From Candidatus Dadabacteria bacterium (GTDB taxonomy: Bacteria > Desulfobacterota_D > UBA1144 > Nemesobacterales > Nemesobacteraceae), in contig VXNX01000013.1 in NCBI GenBank assembly GCA_009840385.1, positions 84,723 through 148,722 of the forward strand: 64,000 nucleotides of DNA, written 5' to 3'. The notes beneath the pieces were generated by a model. The model was not told the DNA's origin, did no database searches, and saw nothing but the letters and a program-made list of their open reading frames with translations. Position numbers and translations under genes: made by a program. Each line of letters begins with the position of its first letter. The stretch's first letter is position 1. Of this stretch, positions 26,037 through 35,120 are shown piece after piece.

Positions 26037-27143
26037 TCAGTTATATACCCTTATTTCGTTATAAAGCGCGTCTCTCTCAACGGGAACGTACCCCGAATCC
26101 CGGATCATCTTTATCATGAAATCCCTGCTGTGACCCACTTCAGAAGGAGCGCCGGCGTCGTGAATGATCTTCTCCCTCATTATCGTTCCGTCCGCATCGC
26201 TCGCACCGTAATGCAGGGCCACCTGGGCCGCTTTTTCCCCAAGGGTAATCCAGTAGGACTTTATGTGAGGGAAATTGTCAAGATAGAGCCTCGCAAGCGC
26301 GTGAACCTTCATGTCGTATGAGGCCGGAAAAGGCTTTATATCCTTAAGACCCGTGTTCTCCGGCTGGAAAAGAACGGGGATGAACGCAAAAAACCCGGGG
26401 AACTCGTCCTCTATTTTTCTAAGCCTCTCCATGTGGTCAACTACGTGGAAGGGTTTTTCAAGATGGCCGTAGAGTATGGTGGCGTTTGTAGGGATGCCGA
26501 GTGTGTGGGCTAGGCGATGGATTTCCTCCCACCTTGTCGCAACCGTCTTCGGGGCGCAGATCTTTTTTCTTACCTCTTCGTGCAGTATCTCCGCTCCCCC
26601 GCCCGTAAGTGCGTCAACGCCCGCGTCTTGAAGGGCAAGAAGTACATCCTTCAGGGAAAGGCCGCTTATCTCCGAGAACCAGTCGATCTCAACCGCGGTG
26701 AAGGCCTTTACGTGAATATCCGGGAAGTGGCGCTTTATCATCTTCACTATGTCCAGGTAATGATCGAACTCCCAGTCAGGGTGAAGGCCGCCAACTATGT
26801 GAACCTCTCTCATCTCCTCGCTCAGCATGGAAAGCATCTGCTCGTCCGAGAGCTCGTAGGCGTTTGCGGACTTCTTCGTGGTCCCGAAAGCGCAGAACCG
26901 ACACGATATGGCGCATATGTTTGAAGGATTTATGTGGCGGTTCACGACGAAATAGACCTTTTCCCCCGATTTCTTTCTCTTAACGTAATCCGCCATCATG
27001 CCGACCGTGTTAAGATCGGGGGAATCAAGTATCGAAAGCCCGTCTTCAAAGGAAAGTCTGCGGCCCTCGGCGACCTTCTCCATTATGGGGAGCAGGTTCG
27101 GGTCGGTGCAGAAACTCTCGGTCAACTCCAGTACTCGCTCCAT
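26037..27143 (-). CDS. Radical SAM enzyme of the futalosine pathway (MqnC/MqnE family)
   Basis: CAISCRFCAF (CxxxCxxC) and CofH/MqnC/MqnE-like length. It lies in an operon with UbiD/UbiX/UbiA-like genes. I cannot separate MqnC from MqnE by eye. Confidence 0.8.
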   Translation of the reverse strand: MERVLELTESFCTDPNLLPIMEKVAEGRRLSFEDGLSILDSPDLNTVGMMADYVKRKKSGEKVYFVVNRHINPSNICAISCRFCAFGTTKKSANAYELSDEQMLSMLSEEMREVHIVGGLHPDWEFDHYLDIVKMIKRHFPDIHVKAFTAVEIDWFSEISGLSLKDVLLALQDAGVDALTGGGAEILHEEVRKKICAPKTVATRWEEIHRLAHTLGIPTNATILYGHLEKPFHVVDHMERLRKIEDEFPGFFAFIPVLFQPENTGLKDIKPFPASYDMKVHALARLYLDNFPHIKSYWITLGEKAAQVALHYGASDADGTIMREKIIHDAGAPSEVGHSRDFMIKMIRDSGYVPVERDALYNEIRVYN

Positions 27144-28897
27144 CTCGTCTCAACCTTGTCCTTCATATCCTCCGACATCTCTATTACCGGGGGATACCAC
27201 TGTTTTATGGTGGCGTCGATTCCCATCCTGCCGTCGTAAACGACTGCCGAACCACGAAGTTCCGTATGTTCGAACAGAACATCCAGGTAAGGATCGAACC
27301 TAGTAAAGATACCCCAGATAAGTTCCGTGTCATCAGTTAAATCTATATCCGGGCTCACAAGGGCGATTATGCGCACCCCCTCAAGACCCGGAGTATCGAA
27401 CAGTCTGCGTATCATCTCCTTGGGATCGGTCCGGGATTCATCCATCCGGACGACGCAGAAACCTCCCGAAAGAAGTCTGAATCCCGTTATCTCCGGATGT
27501 TTTTCCCTAGGATCGGGAACCTCCTTGGCGTAGGTTTTTCTCTCGGGGGAGTTTTTCCTTACTGCGTTTATTCCCATCTTGCTTCCCACGTTAAACTTGT
27601 TGCTCGTAAAATCAAGGGTGTCCAAGGGGGCCCACTGTATCATGAGGAAATCCTCCCTGGGATCGAAGTTCTCCCCAATTTCGTGAAGCACTGCCGAGAA
27701 ATCCCTCGGGTTAACGTCGCCTGAAACGCAGACCATGCACTTTGTGAGAAGCAGCTGCCCAGTTCCCCAGAGGGCCAGCATTGCCTTTATCCCACCCTTG
27801 GGATAGCGCTCATCGACGGAAACAGCGAGAAGGTTGTGAAATCCCGCCTCGGGATACGCCCACATGTCCTTTACCTCGGGCTGTATTATTCTTATAAGAG
27901 GGGAGAACATCTCGCCGGCGGCAATCCCAAGGTAGACATCCTCCTGCGGGGGCTTGCCAACCACGATGGAAGGGTACACGGGGTTTTTCCTGTGGGTTAT
28001 TTCGCTCAGGTTAAAAACGGGGAAATCGGCCTCCATCGAGTAGTGACCGAAATGATCTCCGAAGGGTCCTTCCTGCCTCAGCACGTCCCTCGGAACGGAA
28101 CCCTCAAGTACGAATTCCGCGTCGGCCGGAACATGAAGCGAGATGCTTTTTCCTTTTACCATAGGCATCGGGCTTCCGCGAAGATAGCTCGCAAACGCAA
28201 GTTCATCCATGCCATCAGGGAGCGGAGCGACCGCGGAAAAGATCATCCTGGGATCTCCCCCGAGAATCACCGCGGCTTCGAGGTCCCTTCCCAGTTTTTT
28301 CGCCTCGTGGTAGTGCGCAGCTCCTCCCTTGTGCGCATGCCAGTGCATCCCGGTGGTCCTCCGGTCATATACCTGAAGCCTGTAAATCCCGAGGTTTCTT
28401 GAACCCGTAGCGGGATCCCTAGTTAGCACCAGACCAAACGTCACGAACTTTCCCCCGTCGCGCGGCCAGCATTTCATCACTGGAAGTCTTGAGAGGTCAG
28501 GTTCGGTTTCAACCTGCTGAACATCGCCGCGCTTCACCTTCTTAGTTCTCATGGAAAGCAAGCCGGTGGCCTTGGGAAGCACGGAAAAAATCCCCTGTAT
28601 TGAGGGAGGGTTAACCTTGCGGAATATCTCGACAAGCTCCTCGCCGACGTCCGACGGTCTTCTGCCGAGAGCAAGCTCCACCCTCTGCTCGGTTCCGAAA
28701 AGATTGATTACAAGAGGAAAATCCGATCCTTCCACGTTTTCAAACAGAAGGGCAGGACCACCTTCCCTAACGGTTCGGGAAGCTATCTCCGTTATTTCAA
28801 GCTCAGGTGAGACTTCGGTTTTTATTCTCTTGAGATCGCCTATGCTTTCAAGATGGCTTATAAAACTCGCTAGATTGGAAAAACCTTTTGGGGGCAT
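27122..28897 (-). CDS. UbiD-family decarboxylase (menaquinone-biosynthesis decarboxylase type)
   Basis: 591 aa with UbiD blocks (GIYRLQV, HWHAHKGGAAHY). Gene order matches the Streptomyces SCO4490-4492-type late menaquinone genes. Confidence 0.85.
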   Translation of the reverse strand: MPPKGFSNLASFISHLESIGDLKRIKTEVSPELEITEIASRTVREGGPALLFENVEGSDFPLVINLFGTEQRVELALGRRPSDVGEELVEIFRKVNPPSIQGIFSVLPKATGLLSMRTKKVKRGDVQQVETEPDLSRLPVMKCWPRDGGKFVTFGLVLTRDPATGSRNLGIYRLQVYDRRTTGMHWHAHKGGAAHYHEAKKLGRDLEAAVILGGDPRMIFSAVAPLPDGMDELAFASYLRGSPMPMVKGKSISLHVPADAEFVLEGSVPRDVLRQEGPFGDHFGHYSMEADFPVFNLSEITHRKNPVYPSIVVGKPPQEDVYLGIAAGEMFSPLIRIIQPEVKDMWAYPEAGFHNLLAVSVDERYPKGGIKAMLALWGTGQLLLTKCMVCVSGDVNPRDFSAVLHEIGENFDPREDFLMIQWAPLDTLDFTSNKFNVGSKMGINAVRKNSPERKTYAKEVPDPREKHPEITGFRLLSGGFCVVRMDESRTDPKEMIRRLFDTPGLEGVRIIALVSPDIDLTDDTELIWGIFTRFDPYLDVLFEHTELRGSAVVYDGRMGIDATIKQWYPPVIEMSEDMKDKVETRWSEYWS

Positions 28898-28906
28898 GGG
28901 AAAAAA

Positions 28907-29458
28907 CTACTCCAGTTCGTCCCTTTTCCATCCCCTGCCGGTATCGACGCCGACGAGGCCTAAGAGCTTGTCCACGTATCCGCTCACCACATCGGAGATC
29001 GATTCGGCGCCCATGTAGTCAGTCGGAGAAATCGGCGCGATCACTACTCCCTCGCGGGAGAGCCGAAGAGCGTTCTCAAGGGCGATTGTGCCAAGCGGGG
29101 TTTCCCTGAGGGCGATTATAAGCCTTCTTTTTTCCTTGAGGGCGACGGCGGCTATTCTGGTTATGAGCGTGTCGGCTATGCCGTTTGCGATCTTGGCAAG
29201 CGTTGATACCGAACACGGTACTATGACCATAGAATCGAAATGGTTGCTCCCCGAGGAAAAAGGCGACGCGAGGTCTGAATCGCTGTAAATATCGGTTACC
29301 CAGGGACGCAGTTCCTCAACCTTGAGGCCGAGTTCCTCGTGAAGAACCCTCTTTCCCCATTTGCTTGCCACCAGATATTTCTCGTCGGGACACCTTCTTA
29401 GAAAATCAACCCCGTAAGCAACCCCCGACGCCCCGGTAATTCCGACTATGGTTCTCAT
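28907..29458 (-). CDS. ubiX: Flavin prenyltransferase UbiX
   Basis: IVGITGASGVAYG N-terminus, 183 aa. Confidence 0.9.
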   Translation of the reverse strand: MRTIVGITGASGVAYGVDFLRRCPDEKYLVASKWGKRVLHEELGLKVEELRPWVTDIYSDSDLASPFSSGSNHFDSMVIVPCSVSTLAKIANGIADTLITRIAAVALKEKRRLIIALRETPLGTIALENALRLSREGVVIAPISPTDYMGAESISDVVSGYVDKLLGLVGVDTGRGWKRDELE

Positions 29459-29460
29459 TA

Positions 29461-30303
29461 TTAAGGTAAGTATATACCCGCGAGAGTGAAAAATAAAACC
29501 GCAAAACCTATGAGAATATTGGTTCTGAAAAAAGCGGAATCAACCTGCCCGAAGCTTCCGTGTTCAAGGTAAAGCAGGTAGCCGCAGAGCAAAAGCGGCA
29601 AAAGCGCAGACAGGGTCCGGAACGAAAGAATATAGAGAAACACGAGGCAGGCGAACGAAAGCAGGTGAGAGACCCTCGAGACAAGCAGCGCCTTCTGTCT
29701 GCCGAAACGAGCAACAAGCGAGTAAATTCCGCGGCGGCGGTCAAACTCCTCGTCGGCCGTGGCGTATATTATGTCAAAACCCGAAATCCAGAGGAAAGTG
29801 AAACCCGAGAGCACAACTGCCGGAAGCATCTCCTCGAAGGAGCACTTAACGGCAAGCCATCCGCCAAGCGGACCGAGCGCAAGGGAGAGTCCCACGCCGA
29901 AATGACAGAGGCTGGTAAATCTCTTCATTAACGGATAGACGGTAAACGCCACAAGCGGAAGCGGCGAGAGAAAGAATACAAGCGGACATATGAGATAGGC
30001 GGAGACAAAGTAAAGCAGGGCCCCCGCGGCCGCCACGGCCAAAGCCTCGACCATGCTCATCTTGCCCGAGGGAAGCTCTCTCTGAGTGGTTCTCGGGTTC
30101 TCCCGGTCTATTTCCCGGTCAAAAATCCTGTTAAGCGCAAGCGCGGCGGTCCTCGCCCCCGTTCCCGCGAGCACTATCAGCACAAAAAGCCGGGCACTGA
30201 ATATCCCGCCGGCGGCAAGAAAAGCTCCCGCGAAAATGACCGGAAGTGAAAAAAACGTATGTTCTATTCTAAGAAATCCCGAGAGATTCTTTAAAAAAGC
30301 CAT
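29461..30303 (-). CDS. UbiA-family aromatic prenyltransferase (MqnP-like)
   Basis: Multi-TM, with the Asp-rich motifs NRIFDREID and ATADEEFD. Confidence 0.85.
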   Translation of the reverse strand: MAFLKNLSGFLRIEHTFFSLPVIFAGAFLAAGGIFSARLFVLIVLAGTGARTAALALNRIFDREIDRENPRTTQRELPSGKMSMVEALAVAAAGALLYFVSAYLICPLVFFLSPLPLVAFTVYPLMKRFTSLCHFGVGLSLALGPLGGWLAVKCSFEEMLPAVVLSGFTFLWISGFDIIYATADEEFDRRRGIYSLVARFGRQKALLVSRVSHLLSFACLVFLYILSFRTLSALLPLLLCGYLLYLEHGSFGQVDSAFFRTNILIGFAVLFFTLAGIYLP

Positions 30304-30480
30304 TGCTTGATACGGAATCCTACTGAATGTTTCGTCTGCGCGGACGATCTTCCGGGCGGATAGTCACCCGCAGAGAACGTGTCCGCAGCTTACTTTGCCT
30401 GTCATCTAAAATAACAGTAATCTTCTCAAACACACGGGAAATTTCAATGAAAATCAACATTTTGAGCCTGGAAACAAACG

Positions 30481-31167
30481 ATGGAAACATGTGAAGCGCT
30501 TGTTTTAAGGAAATCAAGTTACGGGGAAGCCGATCTCCTGGTAACCCTTTTCTCAAGGGAACTCGGGAAATTCAGGGCGCTTGCCAAAAACGCGAAAAAA
30601 AGCCGAAAGCGCTTCGGGGGACGTCTCGATTTCTTTAACCGCCTGGCAATCGAAGTAACCCTGAACAAGGGAAGATTCAATCTCATCGGGGACGTGACAC
30701 TTAAAAAAAGCTACAGGGAGATAACGGAATCCGTTGACTCTTTCGTCGTGGCAACCCGAATTCTCGAGCTGCTCGATTTCCTAACCCCCGAACAGGAACC
30801 CGGAGGCGAACTGTTCGACCTTGCGGCAGAAACCTTGGGGCTTCTCTCGGAAAAACGGGAACCGTATTCTGTTTTTCTCGTTTTCTTCCTTCGAGCGCTT
30901 ACCCTTTGCGGTTACAGACCCGATTTGCGCTTTGACAGGGAAAAAGACATCGCGGGGTTTGACGTTGAGAACGGAAAACTCGGCAATCTTGAGAAAACAC
31001 GCGGGAAAAGAAACGTCTACCCCTTCCACATGGACATAATGAGACACCCGGAAATCATGGACGCAAACCTGGAGAAGGTAAAAAATAACATAAGGGTTCT
31101 CACGAGATACGCCGAATACCGCACCGGAAGACATCTTGAAAAAACCGGGTTTGCTGACGAAACCTAA
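30481..31167 (+). CDS. recO: DNA repair protein RecO
   Basis: N-terminal OB-fold pattern (EALVLRKSSYGEADLLVTLFSRELGK). ~230 aa. Confidence 0.85.
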   Translation: METCEALVLRKSSYGEADLLVTLFSRELGKFRALAKNAKKSRKRFGGRLDFFNRLAIEVTLNKGRFNLIGDVTLKKSYREITESVDSFVVATRILELLDFLTPEQEPGGELFDLAAETLGLLSEKREPYSVFLVFFLRALTLCGYRPDLRFDREKDIAGFDVENGKLGNLEKTRGKRNVYPFHMDIMRHPEIMDANLEKVKNNIRVLTRYAEYRTGRHLEKTGFADET

Positions 31168-31203
31168 GCATGAAACACGAAGTCTCCGCCGAAGGCCCCC
31201 TGA

Positions 31204-32382
31204 TCAGGTCCTGTAATCGGAATTGATCGAGACGTACTTGTGGCTGAGATCGCTTGTGAGAATCGAGTAGGCCGCTTCCCCTTCCCCGAGACTAAGTGTC
31301 ACGGTAAAGGACGGTTTTTTGAACACGGAGGCAAACCTTGATTCCGGTTTAGATCTTACCCCTTTTGAAAATACCTCTATTCCGCCAAAATAAAGCTTTA
31401 TTTTTTCCGGATCGAATTTCACGCCGGCCCTTCCGGCGGCCGCCACTATCCTTCCCCAGTTCGCGTCCTCTCCGTAAAACGCGGTCTTAACGAGCTGGGA
31501 AGTGGCTATCGTCCTTGCGATCTTCTCGGCGTCTCTCTCGGTCTTGGCTTCCGTAACATTGATCCTGACGGCCTTAGTAGCTCCTTCGCCGTCGCTTACT
31601 ATCATCTCGGCGATCTCTCCGCATAAAGACGAAAGCACGTCTACGAACCTGCCGTAATCCCCGCTTTTCTCCGTAATCTGCTTGTTTCCCAGAACTCCGT
31701 TTGCAAGGATGAAAACGGAGTCGTTGGGGGAAGTGTCCCCGTCAACAGTTATGGCGTTAAAAGAACCGCCTGCCGTTGCCACAAGAGCTTTTGAAAGAGC
31801 TTTCCGCTGAATATTAAGGTCAGTCATTATAAAACAGAGCATGGTCGCCATGTTAGGACATATCATCCCCGCCCCCTTGCCGATAGCCGAGACGGTAGCG
31901 GTCTTTTCTCCCACGGCAAGCTGCCTTGATGCGTACTTGGGAAAGGAGTCGGTCGTCATGATGGCTTCGGCCGCCTCGCGTAAATTGTCTTCTCCAAGAC
32001 CCTTTATGAGCCTAGGAATGGACTTTTTGATTTTCCCGACGCGCAGCCGTTCCCCTGTAACCCCGGTTGACGAAGGGATCACGAGCGATTCATCTATACC
32101 GAGCCGCCCCGAGAGCGTATCTGCAATTTCAAGTGAGTCTTCATAGCCCTTTTGACCCGTGAAGGCGTTAGCATTTACGCTGTTTATTATTAGCGCCTGG
32201 CAGAGCCCGCCTGCGATTCTCTCCTGCCCAACAAGCACGGGGGCGCCTTTTATCAGGTTTTTCGTGAATATGGCGGACGCGTGGGCCGGAACCGTTGAGA
32301 ATATAAGCGCCAGGTCCCTCTTTTCGTCTTTCCTAAGCCCGGCGGATACGCCGCTTAGCAGAAATCCCGGTACGTTTTTCAT
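31204..32382 (-). CDS. argJ: Bifunctional glutamate N-acetyltransferase / amino-acid acetyltransferase ArgJ
   Basis: Autoprocessing site PNMATMLCFIMTD and the N-terminus GFLLSGVSAGLRK. Confidence 0.95.
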   Translation of the reverse strand: MKNVPGFLLSGVSAGLRKDEKRDLALIFSTVPAHASAIFTKNLIKGAPVLVGQERIAGGLCQALIINSVNANAFTGQKGYEDSLEIADTLSGRLGIDESLVIPSSTGVTGERLRVGKIKKSIPRLIKGLGEDNLREAAEAIMTTDSFPKYASRQLAVGEKTATVSAIGKGAGMICPNMATMLCFIMTDLNIQRKALSKALVATAGGSFNAITVDGDTSPNDSVFILANGVLGNKQITEKSGDYGRFVDVLSSLCGEIAEMIVSDGEGATKAVRINVTEAKTERDAEKIARTIATSQLVKTAFYGEDANWGRIVAAAGRAGVKFDPEKIKLYFGGIEVFSKGVRSKPESRFASVFKKPSFTVTLSLGEGEAAYSILTSDLSHKYVSINSDYRT

Positions 32383-32383
32383 A

Positions 32384-32397
32384 GGGGAATTATATAC
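32384..32397 (-). promoter_or_regulatory. Promoter-like motif (minus strand GTATATAATTCCCC) abutting the argJ start codon
   Basis: The TATAAT ends 6 nt before the ATG at 32382, and no SD is possible. This predicts a leaderless argJ mRNA. Confidence 0.5.
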
Positions 32398-32494
32398 AAA
32401 CTATGCTGTCTACGGAATAAAAACCGGAACCAAGCCGCAATGACCACCGCAAGAAAGACTCAAGGTCCGGTCTCCCTTAACGCTTCTCTGCGGT

Positions 32495-33601
32495 TCACCG
32501 GTGGTCGGAACCTGTAATCTCGCTTATGTCGCTGATTCCGTTTTTATCCATGAACCGGAGAAGCCCCCTGTTTATCAAGTTCGCAACCGAAAGCCCCTCT
32601 CCGCGAAGACCCGTAACCACCTGGAGGGCTCTTGCGCCCGCACAAAGCTTCTCAAGCGCAGAAGCGGTGTCGCAAACGCCCCCGACCCCGATTATCTCAA
32701 GCTCCCCGCCAGTAGTACGGTAAATGTGGGAAATAATCGACGTTGAAAGCGACCTGTACTCAGGATCGTTTCCGCTTATTCCCCCGGGAAGACCTTCCCA
32801 CTTCGCGCCGTATTTCGCCTTGAGGGCCCGGTTGTCACTCGTATTGGTAGCGATTACGCCCGAAATCCCGGAATCGATCACGACCCTAAGGAGGTCATCG
32901 ATCGCCTCCAGGGAAAGATCCGGGGAGATTTTTACAAATAATGGTTTCCCCACGCCCGAGGAATCCACGAGTGACTCCGTTACCGCACATATTATCTCCC
33001 CAAGGCGCCCTCCGTCCTGAAGCTTCCTGAGCCCCGGGGTGTTCGGGGAACTCACGTTTATGGCGAAGTAGGCAGCGTCGGAACGGAATTTCCGCGCGAC
33101 GGCGGCGTAAGCCCGCGGAGCGTCTTCATGGCTTGTGTCAGAGTTTATGCCCAGGTTTATTCCCACGGGCGTATCGAGACGGCCATACCACCTGAGGTTC
33201 TCTAAAACAGCGTCCATCCCCGGGCTGTTAAGGCCAAGAGAATTAAGGCACACATCGGGGGTTACCATGAACTGCCTGGGCTTGGGATTTCCCCTCTGGG
33301 GCCTCTCGACGACCGAACCCACCTCGACTCCCGCAAACCCAAGAGAGTAAAGCGCTCGAAGCGCTTTCCCGGTCTTGTCCCATCCGGCGCCCACGATAAG
33401 CGGGTTCTCAAAAGGCACCCCGGCGACCGTAACGCCAAGTCTCTTGTCCCTGACCCTAGCCCCGCCGCTTGCGGCGAACTCAAGGAGTCTCAAAGTGAGG
33501 CCCGAGAACTCGCAGAGGTGCATGAGTTCCTTTACGTTATGGTGCCACGTTTCTGAATCGAGACGGTCAAGAACCGGCCTTAGAAAAGTTTTATAGATCA
33601 T
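32495..33601 (-). CDS. pyrD: Dihydroorotate dehydrogenase (quinone), class 2
   Basis: 368 aa with an N-terminal membrane-association extension. GLNSPG, NVSSPNTPGLR and GVGG blocks. Confidence 0.9.
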   Translation of the reverse strand: MIYKTFLRPVLDRLDSETWHHNVKELMHLCEFSGLTLRLLEFAASGGARVRDKRLGVTVAGVPFENPLIVGAGWDKTGKALRALYSLGFAGVEVGSVVERPQRGNPKPRQFMVTPDVCLNSLGLNSPGMDAVLENLRWYGRLDTPVGINLGINSDTSHEDAPRAYAAVARKFRSDAAYFAINVSSPNTPGLRKLQDGGRLGEIICAVTESLVDSSGVGKPLFVKISPDLSLEAIDDLLRVVIDSGISGVIATNTSDNRALKAKYGAKWEGLPGGISGNDPEYRSLSTSIISHIYRTTGGELEIIGVGGVCDTASALEKLCAGARALQVVTGLRGEGLSVANLINRGLLRFMDKNGISDISEITGSDHR

Positions 33602-33672
33602 GCCTTTTGGAGAATTTTATCCGAACAAGGCGTCGGCAGGCAAAACCGGACCCGGAACTAGGCACGTGCGGG

Positions 33673-34773
33673 TCAGACGTTGAACCTGAAAAACATGACG
33701 TCCCCGTCGCAGACCTCGTAATCCTTTCCCTCAAGCCTCATTTTTCCGGCTTCCCTTACCATCTGCTCGGAACCTTCCCTCACGTAGTCCTCGTAGGATA
33801 TGGTCTCGGCCCTTATGAAGCCCCTTTCGAAATCGCTGTGGATAATCCCGGCAGCCTGGGGCGCCTTGGTTCCCCGCTTGACCGTCCACGCCCTTACTTC
33901 TTTCGGCCCCGTGGTGAAATAGGTAAGAAGCCCGAGATTCGAGTACGCGCAGTTAACAAGCCTGTCAAGACCGGAGTCGCAAAGCCCGAGCTCCTCCAGA
34001 AAAACCGCCTTCTCCTCGTCCCCAAGTTCGGATATCTCGGCCTCTATCTTGGCCGAAACAATGATAACATCATCTCCCGCGCCGCTCGCGTGCTCCCTCA
34101 CCTTCTGAACCTCCACATTTCCTTCGGTCCCCGAAACTTCGTCCTCCGATACGTTACATACATAGATAACAGGCTTTGAACTCAGAAGAAAAAGCTCCCG
34201 CATAGTATCCGCACATTCCTCTCCGCCGGGAAAATCACGCGCGCGCCTCCCCGTCTCGATAAATTCTCTAAGAGATCTTACCGTCTCAAGCTCCCTGATT
34301 ATGTCCCTGTCCCCGCTTTTAGACTGATTCGCGAGTCTTTCCTCCCTTTTCTCAACCGTTTCGAGGTCCTTGAGGATAAGTTCGTCCTCGATCGTGTGGA
34401 TATCGCGGATGGCGTCAATTCCCTCCTCAACGTGAACAACGTTTTCATCCTCAAAACATCTGACTACGTGAAGTATTAGATCCACTTCCCTTATATGGGA
34501 GAGAAAAGCGTTTCCCCTGCCCTTTCCCTCAGAAGCTCCCTTCACGAGCCCCGCGATGTCAACGATCTCTATGCTTGCGGGGACGGTCTTCGGGGGTTTT
34601 ACGATATCCGAGATGGCATAAAGTCTGGGGTCCGGAACCCCGACCACCCCTATGTTAGGATCTATAGTGCAGAAAGGGAAGTTGGAGGCGTCCGCGTCCG
34701 CGTTTGTAAGCGCGTTAAAAAGAGTCGACTTCCCGACGTTCGGGAGTCCCACTATTCCGCATCGAAGTCCCAT
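33673..34773 (-). CDS. ychF: Ribosome-binding ATPase YchF
   Basis: GIVGLPNVGKSTLFNALT and the C-terminal TGS-like domain. Confidence 0.95.
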   Translation of the reverse strand: MGLRCGIVGLPNVGKSTLFNALTNADADASNFPFCTIDPNIGVVGVPDPRLYAISDIVKPPKTVPASIEIVDIAGLVKGASEGKGRGNAFLSHIREVDLILHVVRCFEDENVVHVEEGIDAIRDIHTIEDELILKDLETVEKREERLANQSKSGDRDIIRELETVRSLREFIETGRRARDFPGGEECADTMRELFLLSSKPVIYVCNVSEDEVSGTEGNVEVQKVREHASGAGDDVIIVSAKIEAEISELGDEEKAVFLEELGLCDSGLDRLVNCAYSNLGLLTYFTTGPKEVRAWTVKRGTKAPQAAGIIHSDFERGFIRAETISYEDYVREGSEQMVREAGKMRLEGKDYEVCDGDVMFFRFNV

Positions 34774-34805
34774 TTGTCTTTAATTTTCCGCTGCCTGTGA
34801 GGAAA

Positions 34806-34884
34806 TGGGGTGGATGACCGGATTTGAACCGGCGACCTCTTGGGCCACAACCAAGTGCTCTAACCGGGCTGAGCTACACCCACC
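34806..34884 (-). tRNA. tRNA-His (GTG)
   Basis: I folded the cloverleaf by hand. It has the extra G(-1) opposite C73, anticodon loop TTGTGGC, T-loop TTCAAAT, and an encoded CCA. Confidence 0.9.
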
Positions 34885-35106
34885 GTTGAAACTTTCATTT
34901 TCTATAGAAGTAAAAACCAAGCTTGCTAGTATACCGGCAACCCCATTAACAGACAAAATCGCCGGGAGAAAGTCCCCAGAAGCCCTGCGTCCGCTTTCGG
35001 CGCCACGGGGCAGGTCTCGATCGGCAAGCCGTCGCTGCCGGACAGACGGCGGGATCGTTTCTGCTTGCAGCTCAAACACATGATTTCCAAAATCTGACCA
35101 TTTTAG

Positions 35107-35112
35107 TATAGT
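35107..35112 (+). promoter_or_regulatory. Candidate -10 (TATAGT) 8 nt upstream of the permease ATG
   Basis: TAGTATAGTATCTCGGCATG with no SD, which predicts a leaderless or near-leaderless transcript. Confidence 0.35.
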
Positions 35113-35120
35113 ATCTCGGC

